Assembly: GCA_017460745.1 (NCBI GenBank)
Contig: JAFUAL010000042.1
Coordinates: forward strand, 14,983-78,982
Direction: 5' to 3'
Length of the DNA stretch: 64,000 bases
Origin: Bacilli bacterium
GTDB lineage: Bacteria > Bacillota_I > Bacilli_A > RF39 > UBA660
How positions within the stretch are numbered: the stretch's first letter is position 1; each line of letters opens with the position of its first letter. Shown piece after piece: positions 1 to 9,807 of this stretch. The position numbers and the translations under genes are program-made. A model generated the notes under the pieces. It worked only from the letters and a program-made list of their open reading frames with translations, was not told the origin of the DNA and did not search any database.

Positions 1-1433
1 AAGTAATGCTTACTGAAGTAGGTGATAAAATAATTGAATATGAATCAACAAGATATAAAGAACAAAGATTAGTAGCATTTTCTAATTGGCCAACGACTGA
101 TCCTTTTGATTATAGTGAGAATATTACAAATTATTTTAAAAAAATGGCCAAGGTTGATGTTGAACATATTAAAGCAACTGATAAATTTTTATCAGGTCAA
201 TTTGTATCATATCATATTTATCCATATTATCCTGATTATTTAAACTATGAAAAAGAATATAATGATTATAAGGATCAAAATGGTGTAAAAAATACATATC
301 AAGCTTATTTAAAAAAAATAAATGATTACCACACTATGCCTGTTGTGATAAGCGAGTTTGGAGTACCATCTTCTCGTGGAATGGCTCAAAAAGATCAAAA
401 TACAATGAGAAATCAAGGTGGAATGAGTGAAGATGAACAAGGAGAAGCAATTGTTAAATGTTATCAAGATATGTTAAGTGTTGGAATAGAAAATGCAATT
501 ATCTTTACATGGCAAGATGAATGGTTTAAAAGAACTTGGAATACAATGCAAAATGTGAATTTACAGAGAACTCCTTATTGGAGTGATTATCAAACTAATG
601 AACAATATTTTGGTTTATTATCTTTTGATTCGGGTAATAACACAAGTATTAGTTACAATGATGGAAATGTTTCTGAATGGAAAAATAGTGATGTGATATC
701 TAAAACAGACAATGCATCACTTTCAGTAAAATATGATGAAAAATATGTCTATTTTTATATTAATAAAAATAATTATCAAGGAGAAAAAATATATATTGCA
801 ATTGATACAACGCCTAAAAGTGGAGCCTATTCGAGTGATAGTTATAATATTAAATTTAATAGACCAACCGATTTTTTAATTGTAATTGATGGAAAGAGTA
901 ATAGTCATATTCTCGTGCAAGAAAGATACAACACTTTGTTTGCTTTATATGGTTATGAAATTAATGAAGTAAATAGCTATTTAAATCCACCAGCAAGTGA
1001 TAGTTCTAAATTTCAAAAAATTAACTTAATGCTACAAACTGCAACCCCTCTTTTAACCAATAATAAAAGTGAGCATGCTGAAGTGTATGAAACCGGTAAA
1101 TTAAAATATGGAAATGGAAATCCAGAAAGTGATGAGTTTATTTCAAATTCAGATTTTTATATAAATGGAGATTTTATTGAAATAAGACTTCCTTGGGAAT
1201 TACTTAATTTTTCTGATCCATCTTTAATGACTATTCATGATGATTACTATGAAAACTTTGGAGTAGAAAATATTAATATTGATAAAATGTATGTTGGAAT
1301 TGGAGTAGATGGTGATACAATTGAAATGAACCCTTTAAAATTGAATAAATGGTATAACACTGTAACTTATCATGAAAGATTAAAAAAATCCTACTATATC
1401 GTTCAAAATATGTGGGTAGGAAGTGATAAATAA
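1..1433 (+). CDS. Glycoside-hydrolase-like (TIM-barrel type) protein of an exopolysaccharide locus; N-terminus lies upstream of the window
   Basis: The frame is open from nt 1 (no stop before the ATG at 6), so the gene is 5'-partial. VVISEFGVPSS resembles the nucleophile-Glu strand of clan GH-A hydrolases. The stop overlaps the next ATG (TAATG at 1431-1435), so it is co-transcribed with the HEAT-repeat and GT2 genes. Family assignment is from motif memory only. Confidence 0.45.
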   Translation, partial: VMLTEVGDKIIEYESTRYKEQRLVAFSNWPTTDPFDYSENITNYFKKMAKVDVEHIKATDKFLSGQFVSYHIYPYYPDYLNYEKEYNDYKDQNGVKNTYQAYLKKINDYHTMPVVISEFGVPSSRGMAQKDQNTMRNQGGMSEDEQGEAIVKCYQDMLSVGIENAIIFTWQDEWFKRTWNTMQNVNLQRTPYWSDYQTNEQYFGLLSFDSGNNTSISYNDGNVSEWKNSDVISKTDNASLSVKYDEKYVYFYINKNNYQGEKIYIAIDTTPKSGAYSSDSYNIKFNRPTDFLIVIDGKSNSHILVQERYNTLFALYGYEINEVNSYLNPPASDSSKFQKINLMLQTATPLLTNNKSEHAEVYETGKLKYGNGNPESDEFISNSDFYINGDFIEIRLPWELLNFSDPSLMTIHDDYYENFGVENINIDKMYVGIGVDGDTIEMNPLKLNKWYNTVTYHERLKKSYYIVQNMWVGSDK

Positions 1434-2512
1434 TGCTTAGAATAATAAATGTAATTTATATTTATTTAGCTATAATAATTTTATTAATACTATTTAATTT
1501 AGGTTATATTATTTATGAAAAAATAATTAATAAAAAAATTAGTAATAATACTTCAAAATATAAAAAAATAATTCTTAATGACTTAAAACATAAAAAAATT
1601 AATCAAAATAGTATTGATTATTTTTCTCGTAAATTAAAAAATATTAATAATTTAAGAGCTTATAATTCTGTTATAACAGAATTAATAAAAACTAAAAGTA
1701 AAAAAATGGATGAATATTTTAATAAGTATGCTGTTATATTTAATAGACTTTCTTATCATTATATTAAATATGAATCAATGAAGAAAGCTTATTTTGCTTA
1801 TGTAATTAGAACGTGTTATTTTAAAAAAGAAGTTGCAAGTGGACAGGTAATTGATTTTATTTTTAGTATTATTAAGGATAAATCAATTTATGCAAGAGAG
1901 AATGCCATGTTATTTTTATACACTAATGGATGCGAAGAATTGGTAGTAGATGCTTTGAAAATTATATGTAAGAATAATTTATATTATAATCAAATTCTTT
2001 TAGCAAATGATTTATTAAAATTTCGTGGTAATGAAAAAAGATTAAAAGATAAATTATTACTAAACTATGATAATTTTAGTGATGAATTTAAAATATCAAT
2101 TATTAACTATTTTAGATTCTCAAAAAGTAATGATTATTTGCAATTTTTTCTAACTAAACTTGAAAATAGAAACATAAATAAAGAAGTTTATTTAGCACTT
2201 CTTAGATTATTTGGTAAATACAAAGAAGAAAATGCTCTTAAATATTTACTTGAATCACTTAATTTAAAGGGCGACGAATTATTTGAATATAGGTTAGTTT
2301 CTGCATCATCTCTTAAAATTTATCAAAGTGATGTTGTAAAAAACGCCCTTATTAATGCATTAAAAGATAAAAATTGGTTTGTTAGAAAAAATGCTGCTTT
2401 ATCTCTTGCTAATTTTGAATTAAGTGATGATGATTTAAGAGAAATTAATAGTGATAGATATGCCAAAGAAATGTTGGATTTTATAATGGAAGAAAAAGAG
2501 GTAGTAAAATGA
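1433..2512 (+). CDS. Membrane-anchored HEAT-repeat protein of the EPS locus
   Basis: N-terminal TM helix (IINVIYIYLAIIILLILFNLGYIIY). C-terminal helical repeats include NWFVRKNAALSLANF, typical of HEAT/PBS-lyase repeats. ATGA start/stop overlap with the GT2 gene at 2509-2512. Confidence 0.55.
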   Translation: MLRIINVIYIYLAIIILLILFNLGYIIYEKIINKKISNNTSKYKKIILNDLKHKKINQNSIDYFSRKLKNINNLRAYNSVITELIKTKSKKMDEYFNKYAVIFNRLSYHYIKYESMKKAYFAYVIRTCYFKKEVASGQVIDFIFSIIKDKSIYARENAMLFLYTNGCEELVVDALKIICKNNLYYNQILLANDLLKFRGNEKRLKDKLLLNYDNFSDEFKISIINYFRFSKSNDYLQFFLTKLENRNINKEVYLALLRLFGKYKEENALKYLLESLNLKGDELFEYRLVSASSLKIYQSDVVKNALINALKDKNWFVRKNAALSLANFELSDDDLREINSDRYAKEMLDFIMEEKEVVK

Positions 2513-3918
2513 ATATAGTCGATCTTCTGAAAAGTATTTTATTTGTTTTTAATTCATTTTTTCTAGTTTATTTGATAGTATATTCTACTTTTTTATTCCT
2601 TTCATCTATTATTGGAAGTTTAATATTATATAGAAATAGTAATTATCGAAAACTTCGAAATGAATTAAAAGACGATTATTATGTTCCTGTTAGTATAATT
2701 GTGCCTGCATATAACGAAGAATTAACAATTATTGAAACAGTTAAATCACTTCTGAATTTACATTACAAATTATTTGAAATAGTAGTAGTTGATGATGGCA
2801 GTCGTGATGATACCTCAAAAAAATTAATCGATTATTATTCTATGATAGAAATAAAAATACCAATAAAAAAGGAAATAGAATGTAAAAATATTTTAAAAGT
2901 TTATGAAAAAATAGTAAATAATATAAAAATAGTATTGATAATTAAGGAAAATGGTGGCAAGGCAGATTCTTTAAATGCTGGAATAAATATTGCAAGTTAT
3001 CCTTATTTTACGTGCATGGATGCAGATTCTATGTTACAAGTAGATGCTTTAGAAAAAATTGTTAAACCAGTTTTAGAAGATTCTAATGTAATTGCTTGTG
3101 GTGGAAATGTACGTATTTCTAATGGAGTAAAACTGAAAAATGGAAAAGTCGTTGATTATCATCTTCCAAATAAGATACTTGATAGTATGCAAGTGCTTGA
3201 ATATGATAGATCATTCCTTGCCTCAAGAATATTATTTGACCAATTTAATGGAAATTTAATAATATCAGGTGCTTTTGGTCTGTTTAAGAAAAATATAGTT
3301 ATAGCTGCAGGTGGATATGATGCAAGCACAGTGGGTGAAGATTTTGAATTAGTAATTAAACTACATGTGTTTTGCAGAATGCATAAGATAAAATATAGTA
3401 TTAAGTATGTGTCAGATGCTGTTTGTTGGTCTCAAGCGCCCGATTCATTTGCTAATCTTTTTAGACAAAGAAAAAGGTGGAATAAAGGTTTATTACAAGG
3501 AATGATAAAATACAAAGAATTATTTTTAAATCCAAAATATGGAATGGTTAGTTTTGTTTCTTTTTTATATTTTTTAGTATATGAACTTTTTTCACCATTT
3601 ATTGAATTGATTGGAATAATTACAGTTATCATATCATTCTTATTAAATCTTTTAAATATTAAATTTATGCTTATGTTTATGGGAATATATATTGTATTTA
3701 ATAGTTTCTTATCGTTCTCTATTTTCTTATCAAGATTACATGTTGAAAATATTAAATTATCTGTTTATGATTTTTGGAAAGCACTCTTATTATCAATATT
3801 TGAAATAACAATTTTACGTTTTATTATCTTAACAGCAAGATTTTCAGCTTTTATCGGCTATAATAAACAAAAATATGTTTGGGATAGGGTAGAGAGAAAA
3901 AAAATTGAATATAAATAA
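2509..3918 (+). CDS. Family-2 processive glycosyltransferase (PgaC/IcaA/BcsA-like polysaccharide synthase)
   Basis: Motifs IIVPAYNEE, VVDDGSRDDT, CMDADS, GEDFEL and QRKRWNKG (QxxRW). TM helices at the N-terminus and several at the C-terminus. Confidence 0.88.
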   Translation: MNIVDLLKSILFVFNSFFLVYLIVYSTFLFLSSIIGSLILYRNSNYRKLRNELKDDYYVPVSIIVPAYNEELTIIETVKSLLNLHYKLFEIVVVDDGSRDDTSKKLIDYYSMIEIKIPIKKEIECKNILKVYEKIVNNIKIVLIIKENGGKADSLNAGINIASYPYFTCMDADSMLQVDALEKIVKPVLEDSNVIACGGNVRISNGVKLKNGKVVDYHLPNKILDSMQVLEYDRSFLASRILFDQFNGNLIISGAFGLFKKNIVIAAGGYDASTVGEDFELVIKLHVFCRMHKIKYSIKYVSDAVCWSQAPDSFANLFRQRKRWNKGLLQGMIKYKELFLNPKYGMVSFVSFLYFLVYELFSPFIELIGIITVIISFLLNLLNIKFMLMFMGIYIVFNSFLSFSIFLSRLHVENIKLSVYDFWKALLLSIFEITILRFIILTARFSAFIGYNKQKYVWDRVERKKIEYK

Positions 3919-3920
3919 AG

Positions 3921-3950
3921 AAGATATAGTTACATTAGCTATATCTTTTA
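3921..3950. terminator. Bidirectional hairpin between convergent GT2 and GGDEF genes
   Basis: AAGATATAG (3921-3929) pairs perfectly with CTATATCTT (3939-3947), with T/A runs on both sides. It lies in the 40-nt gap between two convergent stops. Confidence 0.6.
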
Positions 3951-3958
3951 ATATATAA

Positions 3959-4957
3959 TTATTTTCTTCTTTCGATACCAAGTTTCTTATACAATCTTTT
4001 TTTATCTTGTTGGAGTAATTTATCAGCTATAATATATAAATCTCTAATGGTTTCATTATTTTTGTGGTGAGATACGCCATAATTAATAAATAAGGGGATA
4101 TGATTATTTGCATCTAGAACAATTGCTTGAACTTCTTCTTTGATAAGTTTAAGTGTGGATTCAATTTTTTCTATATTTTGACTTTTAGTAATTAGAACAA
4201 ATTCATCTCCTCCTATACGATATATATTACTTGTGGGAAAATATTTTGATAGAATTTTAGCTACTTCTATGATATATCTATCACCATGATCATGACTAAA
4301 ATTATCATTTACATATTTTAATCTAAATAAATCGAACAATATATAATAAAATTGCTTGTTTGATTTATTTAATTTTTTAATGTAACTTTCATATGAATCA
4401 CGATTTTTCAGTCCAGTTAATCTATCAGTTGTACTTAATTTTTTTATATGTTCGACTTGATCGATTTTTTTTAGAATAATACAAATAGTATCTTTTATAA
4501 TATCTAAATATCGGCTGTTATAAGTATTAAATTCCTTTGGTAGATTAACCAGTGCAATTATATATTTTGTGTTTTTTTCTTTAATATAAATAAATGTTAC
4601 TTTGTTTAGATTTTTATTATCCAAATATTCCATGTTGAGAATTTTTTCATGTTCAATTAATTTTTTGTTATTCTTTATAAGAATTGATAAATTTTTGTTT
4701 TTTATATGTGAATTGTAATTTATGTAATCGTGATTTTTGGTACTTTTAAATAAAAATACATTACTGCATTTAAGGGATTTTTTTATTATTTCAAGTGATT
4801 TATTTAAGCCATTATAAATATCAAAAGATTTAATAGCATCAGCTAGAATATTATATGCAATATAGTACATATTATTATTTAAATTTTCTTTAGAACATTC
4901 TTTATTAATTACCTTCATTATTGCCAATTTATCACCTCTTTTAAAATAAATATTCAT
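3959..4957 (-). CDS. Diguanylate cyclase (GGDEF domain) with an uncharacterised N-terminal sensor region
   Basis: C-terminal half has RLTGLKNRDSY...FDLFRLKYVNDNFSHDHGDRYI...YRIGGDEFVLI, an intact GGDEF active site. No RxxD I-site is seen 5 residues upstream. Confidence 0.88.
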   Translation of the reverse strand: MNIYFKRGDKLAIMKVINKECSKENLNNNMYYIAYNILADAIKSFDIYNGLNKSLEIIKKSLKCSNVFLFKSTKNHDYINYNSHIKNKNLSILIKNNKKLIEHEKILNMEYLDNKNLNKVTFIYIKEKNTKYIIALVNLPKEFNTYNSRYLDIIKDTICIILKKIDQVEHIKKLSTTDRLTGLKNRDSYESYIKKLNKSNKQFYYILFDLFRLKYVNDNFSHDHGDRYIIEVAKILSKYFPTSNIYRIGGDEFVLITKSQNIEKIESTLKLIKEEVQAIVLDANNHIPLFINYGVSHHKNNETIRDLYIIADKLLQQDKKRLYKKLGIERRK

Positions 4958-5161
4958 GTATATTATATCACATACACTATAAAACTTAGAAGCAAAATAG
5001 ATAGTGAAATTATTATCTTTTTATAGCTTACTTGTTTGAAAATTAATGTTGTTGTTATATAGTCTAGTTTACTTAAAATTGAAAATTAGTTATCCTAGTC
5101 TTGTGAGGTGATTGCTATGGAAAGAATACATTTTTTATCTTTTTTGTGACCTCTGTGTATA

Positions 5162-5190
5162 TTTACTTTTTGACCATTTTGTGGTATAAT
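5162..5190 (+). promoter_or_regulatory. Sigma-A-type promoter of the 5.2-9.7 kb operon
   Basis: -35 TTTACT (5162-5167), 17-nt spacer, extended -10 TGgTATAAT (5182-5190). RBS AAGGAGAG precedes the ATG at 5214. Confidence 0.5.
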
Positions 5191-5213
5191 AAGTCTCAAA
5201 TTAAGGAGAGAAT

Positions 5214-6503
5214 ATGCAACTTAAAACAATGAATGACAACTTGAGAAAAATAGAAAAATTAAAAAATATTACGTTTATTAAATTTGTGGATTTATCGTCA
5301 ACAAATAATGATAAGTATACAATTATTCCCGGATTTATGGTTTTTTATAACGGACTTGACTATCTATTTTTAACCTCTAAAGATGAATACTTTTTAGAAT
5401 TTGTGAAAAAATTAAGAGAAGTATATTTAAAAGAAAAAGATAATATCGTGAAAAAAGATTTCTTTGGAAATAAATATTCAATCGAAATAGATGATATTAC
5501 TAAAAAACTTTTGCTTGAAGGCGAATTAGATAAAATTGAAGAAATGTATTCATTCTTGAGTGAAAAAGAAGGATACAATGAATCTTTGTTTTTTAAAGAA
5601 GAGGAAGTAAAAGGAATATTGCCGATTGTAAAATATCATTTGGAAAATACTTTGTCTTTATTTTCTATTTCACTTGAAGTAGAAAACTCACCTAAAGGAT
5701 ATCAAGGATTATATTATTTAAAAGGAAGAAAAAACGGAATTCCTTGTTTTATACCTATGTTTTATTTAAAAAATGATTACAATACTTATTATTTAGAAAT
5801 TGGTGGATTATTTGATAAAAGTATGCCAATTAGTATGAATATATCTTTTAAAGAAAAAGAAGTAGTGGTGGATACTAAAATAGAAGATTTAGCATTTTCT
5901 AATCATGAAAGTTATAAGTTTTCAGACAATAAAGTTATAGCTAAAAGGACAGTTTATTTAAACCAAGATATGAAGATATTTAAAAGTGAAGAATTAAAAC
6001 CAACTCTAGCACCTAAAAATGATTTGATGTATTTAAATGGTACTGAAACTCATTGGTATTTACTTCCTTGGAATGCTTATTATGGTGGGAAGAAAGAAGA
6101 AATTCAAATTACAGAAGATGAAAAAATTAATTCTTATCAAACAATTTATTTTGATATAGAACCAAAGATGTTTTTTATAAAAGAAAACTATTCAAAACAG
6201 TATCAAAAAAGTTCGCCGGTTGTGATTGATAATAAAAGATTTATTTTAGACAATATGGAATCAACATCAATTGGCTATGAACAAGATAAAGTTACATATA
6301 TAGAAACAAGTTTTAACAAATTAGGAACACTTGGATATTTTAAACAGCATTTAGCTGGAAAATATTTTTATCATATTGCAAATAAAGAATTAAAAAGTGT
6401 CTCTAAAAATGATTTTATAGCACTTAATCAAATGAATGGAATATATGATAAAACCGATTTACTAAGAACAGAAAAAATAAAAAAATTGATAAAGGAGAAA
6501 TAA
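5214..6503 (+). CDS. Hypothetical protein (429 aa), first gene of the AAA_5/vWA-like triad
   Basis: Long ORF with RBS AAGGAGAG 5 nt upstream and a 7-nt gap to the next gene. I recognise no motif. Confidence 0.7.
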   Translation: MQLKTMNDNLRKIEKLKNITFIKFVDLSSTNNDKYTIIPGFMVFYNGLDYLFLTSKDEYFLEFVKKLREVYLKEKDNIVKKDFFGNKYSIEIDDITKKLLLEGELDKIEEMYSFLSEKEGYNESLFFKEEEVKGILPIVKYHLENTLSLFSISLEVENSPKGYQGLYYLKGRKNGIPCFIPMFYLKNDYNTYYLEIGGLFDKSMPISMNISFKEKEVVVDTKIEDLAFSNHESYKFSDNKVIAKRTVYLNQDMKIFKSEELKPTLAPKNDLMYLNGTETHWYLLPWNAYYGGKKEEIQITEDEKINSYQTIYFDIEPKMFFIKENYSKQYQKSSPVVIDNKRFILDNMESTSIGYEQDKVTYIETSFNKLGTLGYFKQHLAGKYFYHIANKELKSVSKNDFIALNQMNGIYDKTDLLRTEKIKKLIKEK

Positions 6504-6510
6504 TAAATAA

Positions 6511-8766
6511 ATGAAATTTTTTGATAAAACAGAAGAAGAAAAGAAAAGGGAAGAAGAGAAAAAACAATTAACAACATTAGAGAAAGCAATAATTTATTCA
6601 GATATTTTAAAAGAAGATGCTTATAAAGTATTAACTAGTTATATTATGGAAGTAAAAAGTAATAAAAGAAAAAATGATTTTTTTGAATTAGATTTTTTAG
6701 TAAGAGTCTTTTTACAATTAATTGATCAAGAATTTGGTACAGAAGAGAAAATGCAAAATCAATTAGATAAAATTATTCTTATTATTCGAGATTTATTACC
6801 AGCTGGAATAAAAACTTCTAATTATACATTTATAAAAGAAATGATTATTAATAACTTTGTATCTAAAGATGGATATCTTGCTTATAATTTATTTGATATG
6901 AATTTTTATTCATTATTTGATAATAAAACACTTTATTTAAATTGTATGAATATTATTTTAAATAGCAAAAAGTTAAGAAATCAAATGTCTTTAATTATTA
7001 AATATGCATGTAAAGTTAGTCGTTATTCTATAACTAAAGATATGTTTTATAGTGATATGATTGCTTTTTTAGCTGGAATGGAAGATGTTGTTAACAATGA
7101 ATATGTAGCATATGCAAATGCTTGTTTAGAGATTGCAAAAAAAAGAGTAGGCGTTTATGCAATTGATGAAAAAAAACTGGCTCTTTGTAATTCTAATGTG
7201 GAAAGAGTAGAAGGCTATTTAGACCAAATGAAAGTATATGAGGAGTCTTTAGAAAATACTAAAACTTCTATTGGGGAAATGCTTCGAAGTGAAAAAGAAG
7301 AAATAAAAAAGATGAGAGCGTCATCAATTCAAATTTTTAGAAAAGAAATTCAAAAAGAAAAAGAAGAATTATTAAAGAAGTTAGATGAATATTTATTAGA
7401 TTTGGAAGTCTCATTAAAAGAAAAAAGTGATGATGTTTTTAAAGAAATACTTGCTAATTACCAAAAACAAATTCGTGAAATGCATACAATGTTCCAAGGG
7501 TATTCACGTGCAACAAGTGAGGATTTAATAAGAATACAAAAAGCAGCAGAAGATTCTTTACAAGAGTTGAAAAATTATGTTCAAAACGATGATCATTTGA
7601 AAGAAGTATTAACTAAAGCAAATGAAAGTAATGAAGTACGAGAAAAAATAGTTCAATTAGTAGAACAAGAAAAAAAATTGGTTACTTCTAATGAATCTGG
7701 TCTAATTCCAGGAATGGAGAAAGTTATAGTACCAGCAACACCTCAAGTTATTATTCCGCAATCACAACAAAGTCAGAGAATTTTAAGTGCTTTTGATGAA
7801 AAAATACCTTTTTCTCTTCGTTTAGATAGAATTTTAGCATTAAAAGAAGCTAATGAAAAAAAAGGAAAAATTTATCATGAAAAAACGATTCAAATTGTAA
7901 AATGTCTTATGGAAGGAGATTGGCCTTATTTATTAGGACCAAGTGGTTGTGGAAAAAGTTATTTGATGAGTCAAGTTGCAGAACTTCTAGGAATTGAACT
8001 TGTTAAAAGTGGAAAAATTACAGAACCTTATACAGTTATGGGATATACAGACCCTCAAGGTAAGTTTAGAGCAACTCAAACTTATATTGCTCTTGTATAT
8101 GGAAAATTACTTGGATATGATGAATTTGATAATGGAAATCCCGATACTCATGTTGTAATAAATGAAATATATTCTAAATTATTAGATAAATTGGATGACA
8201 TAAAAGGAAAACATTATGTAACTTTTGCCGAAGATGTACCAGCTGAAATAAATCCAAATTTTCGAATGATAAGTGCTGGTAATACAACGGGTGGTGGTGA
8301 AAATGCTTTGTTCTCATCACGTGGAAAATTAGATGAATCAGTTCAAGAGAGAATGACACCTATTCGAGTTGGATATGATAATCGTGTCGAAGAACAAATC
8401 TTTGGTCAACATAAAAATTGGTATAATTTCTTTGTTAAGTTCCGTGAAGCCTGTGATAACTATGCTTTAAATAATAATATGGAGTCTGCTCAAGGGATTG
8501 GAACAACAAGAGATGCAGCTGCTATTGTAAAATATATAAAACATGATAGTAAAACATTAGATGAATTATTAGAAGAAAAATTTACTCAGACTAAAGATAT
8601 GGATTATTTATCATCACTTGCAAAGTTTATTGGTCGTTCATATGACATTAATGTAAGTGAAGTTAAAAATCCAAATACCAATAATCATACTTTAGAGTCA
8701 TTTTCTGAACAAACGATTGCTAAAAAATTCATTTATAAGTGTAAAAGTAAAAAAGGAAATATCTAA
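6511..8766 (+). CDS. Coiled-coil N-terminal region fused to an AAA_5 (MoxR/CbbQ/McrB-type) ATPase
   Basis: Walker A GPSGCGKS (nt 7936-7959), Walker B LLGYDEFDN, and PNFRMISAGNT typical of AAA_5. About 470 residues of K/E-rich helical sequence precede the P-loop. Confidence 0.75.
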   Translation: MKFFDKTEEEKKREEEKKQLTTLEKAIIYSDILKEDAYKVLTSYIMEVKSNKRKNDFFELDFLVRVFLQLIDQEFGTEEKMQNQLDKIILIIRDLLPAGIKTSNYTFIKEMIINNFVSKDGYLAYNLFDMNFYSLFDNKTLYLNCMNIILNSKKLRNQMSLIIKYACKVSRYSITKDMFYSDMIAFLAGMEDVVNNEYVAYANACLEIAKKRVGVYAIDEKKLALCNSNVERVEGYLDQMKVYEESLENTKTSIGEMLRSEKEEIKKMRASSIQIFRKEIQKEKEELLKKLDEYLLDLEVSLKEKSDDVFKEILANYQKQIREMHTMFQGYSRATSEDLIRIQKAAEDSLQELKNYVQNDDHLKEVLTKANESNEVREKIVQLVEQEKKLVTSNESGLIPGMEKVIVPATPQVIIPQSQQSQRILSAFDEKIPFSLRLDRILALKEANEKKGKIYHEKTIQIVKCLMEGDWPYLLGPSGCGKSYLMSQVAELLGIELVKSGKITEPYTVMGYTDPQGKFRATQTYIALVYGKLLGYDEFDNGNPDTHVVINEIYSKLLDKLDDIKGKHYVTFAEDVPAEINPNFRMISAGNTTGGGENALFSSRGKLDESVQERMTPIRVGYDNRVEEQIFGQHKNWYNFFVKFREACDNYALNNNMESAQGIGTTRDAAAIVKYIKHDSKTLDELLEEKFTQTKDMDYLSSLAKFIGRSYDINVSEVKNPNTNNHTLESFSEQTIAKKFIYKCKSKKGNI

Positions 8767-9734
8767 TGAAATATATTACAAATAACCATGAAAGATTTCC
8801 AGAGAATGTTTTAGAAATACAAGTTATAAATGTTGATGATAATAAATACATAGTTTATCCTTTTCGTTTTCGTGGATTATATGATTTATATAATTATCTA
8901 AATTCCAATCCTAAAATAAATTATGAAGTATGGAGTAAAAATAATTTAGCAAGCATTAATGGTGAATTTAGTTTTGCAGGTGATGCATATGAAGATGCTT
9001 TAAAATCTTTGCTTGGAGATGTTGATCCTGGTTATCAAGAATTTCTGAAAGTAGAAAATAAAGTCAATGCTAATCTTGGAAGAGTTCATAAGTATGAAAA
9101 GATAAGAACAGTTGCCGGAGGTCATGTTAATGTTCCTTTGTACGCGTCAGGAAGTCCTTTTATATATGAAGCAAGTCGAGTAATTAATAAACCAAAATTT
9201 ATAACAGTAAATATTGCTTTATCTTATTTTTGGGGAACTTCTAAAAGTCAAGTATTTAATCGTGCAATCATAATTACTAATATTGTCAAGGCTTTAGAAA
9301 AAGCAGGTTATAGTGTTAATATAAATGCTTTTGAATTAAGTAGTGAATCTAATGAGTTATTTAAAATGATTTTTGAAATAAAACATTTTGGAGAAAAGAT
9401 AAATTATCAAGCCATGTATAAATCATTATGTAGAGTAGAATTTTTAAGAAGACTATGTTTTAGAGTACTAGAAACTTCGGATGTAAAAGAAGATTGGGAA
9501 CATGGGTATGGTTCTACATGTGGCAGAAATTTTACTAAAAAAGTTTTAAAATTAAAAAAAGATGATTTATATTTTGATCAACCAAGAGAAATGGATATAT
9601 ATGGAAGAAATTTAGTTGAAGATTTTGAAAATGCTGCTGATTATTTAAAATTAAGTAATATAATTGACGTTGAAAGAGAAAAAAATAAGTTTAAAGAAAA
9701 TGTAAAAGTGCTTAAAAAAAATTTAAAAAATTAA
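8766..9734 (+). CDS. Hypothetical partner protein with a vWA-like alpha/beta core (MIDAS motif absent)
   Basis: The ATG overlaps the upstream stop by 1 nt. KFITVNIALSYFWGTSKSQVFNRAIIITNIVKALEKAGYSVNINAF has the strand-loop-helix-strand layout of a vWA/Rossmann-like fold but no DxSxS. The fold call is inference. Confidence 0.5.
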   Translation: MKYITNNHERFPENVLEIQVINVDDNKYIVYPFRFRGLYDLYNYLNSNPKINYEVWSKNNLASINGEFSFAGDAYEDALKSLLGDVDPGYQEFLKVENKVNANLGRVHKYEKIRTVAGGHVNVPLYASGSPFIYEASRVINKPKFITVNIALSYFWGTSKSQVFNRAIIITNIVKALEKAGYSVNINAFELSSESNELFKMIFEIKHFGEKINYQAMYKSLCRVEFLRRLCFRVLETSDVKEDWEHGYGSTCGRNFTKKVLKLKKDDLYFDQPREMDIYGRNLVEDFENAADYLKLSNIIDVEREKNKFKENVKVLKKNLKN

Positions 9735-9807
9735 TTTACACACTTACTAAATTATGTTAGAATTGTTTTACAATTAAGTTATTATTTGGTTTCAAAAGGA
9801 GAATAAG

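Noticed and set aside
3432-3632. Antisense or overlapping short ORFs in the track. Examples: 3432-3632(-), 5360-5578(-), 8174-8359(-), 10800-11042(-), 12310-12528(-), 17718-17924(-), 19497-19706(-), 20396-20713(-), 21955-22209(-), 22324-22524(-), 24960-25157(-), 25665-26042(-), 25970-26170(-), 27283-27555(-), 28336-28644(-), 29071-29292(-), 31684-31893(-), 38940-39128(-), 39322-39513(-), 41207-41398(-), 42544-42846(-), 43009-43191(-), 44794-44982(-), 45766-46041(-), 47082-47318(-), 48889-49110(-), 52091-52303(-), 57866-58063(-), 58056-58328(-), 58387-58575(-), 58603-58848(-), 61185-61400(-), 63515-63832(-).
   Set aside because: Each lies fully opposite or inside a well-supported gene. They have low-complexity Leu/Ile/Phe/Ser-rich translations typical of AT-rich antisense frames, with no RBS and no recognisable motif.
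5117-5149. 10-codon mini-ORF (MERIHFLSFL*) with a good RBS (GAGGTGA) upstream of the AAA_5 triad, considered as a leader peptide.
   Set aside because: It lies upstream of the predicted promoter (-10 at 5185), so it would not be in the operon leader. It is too short to evaluate without conservation data.
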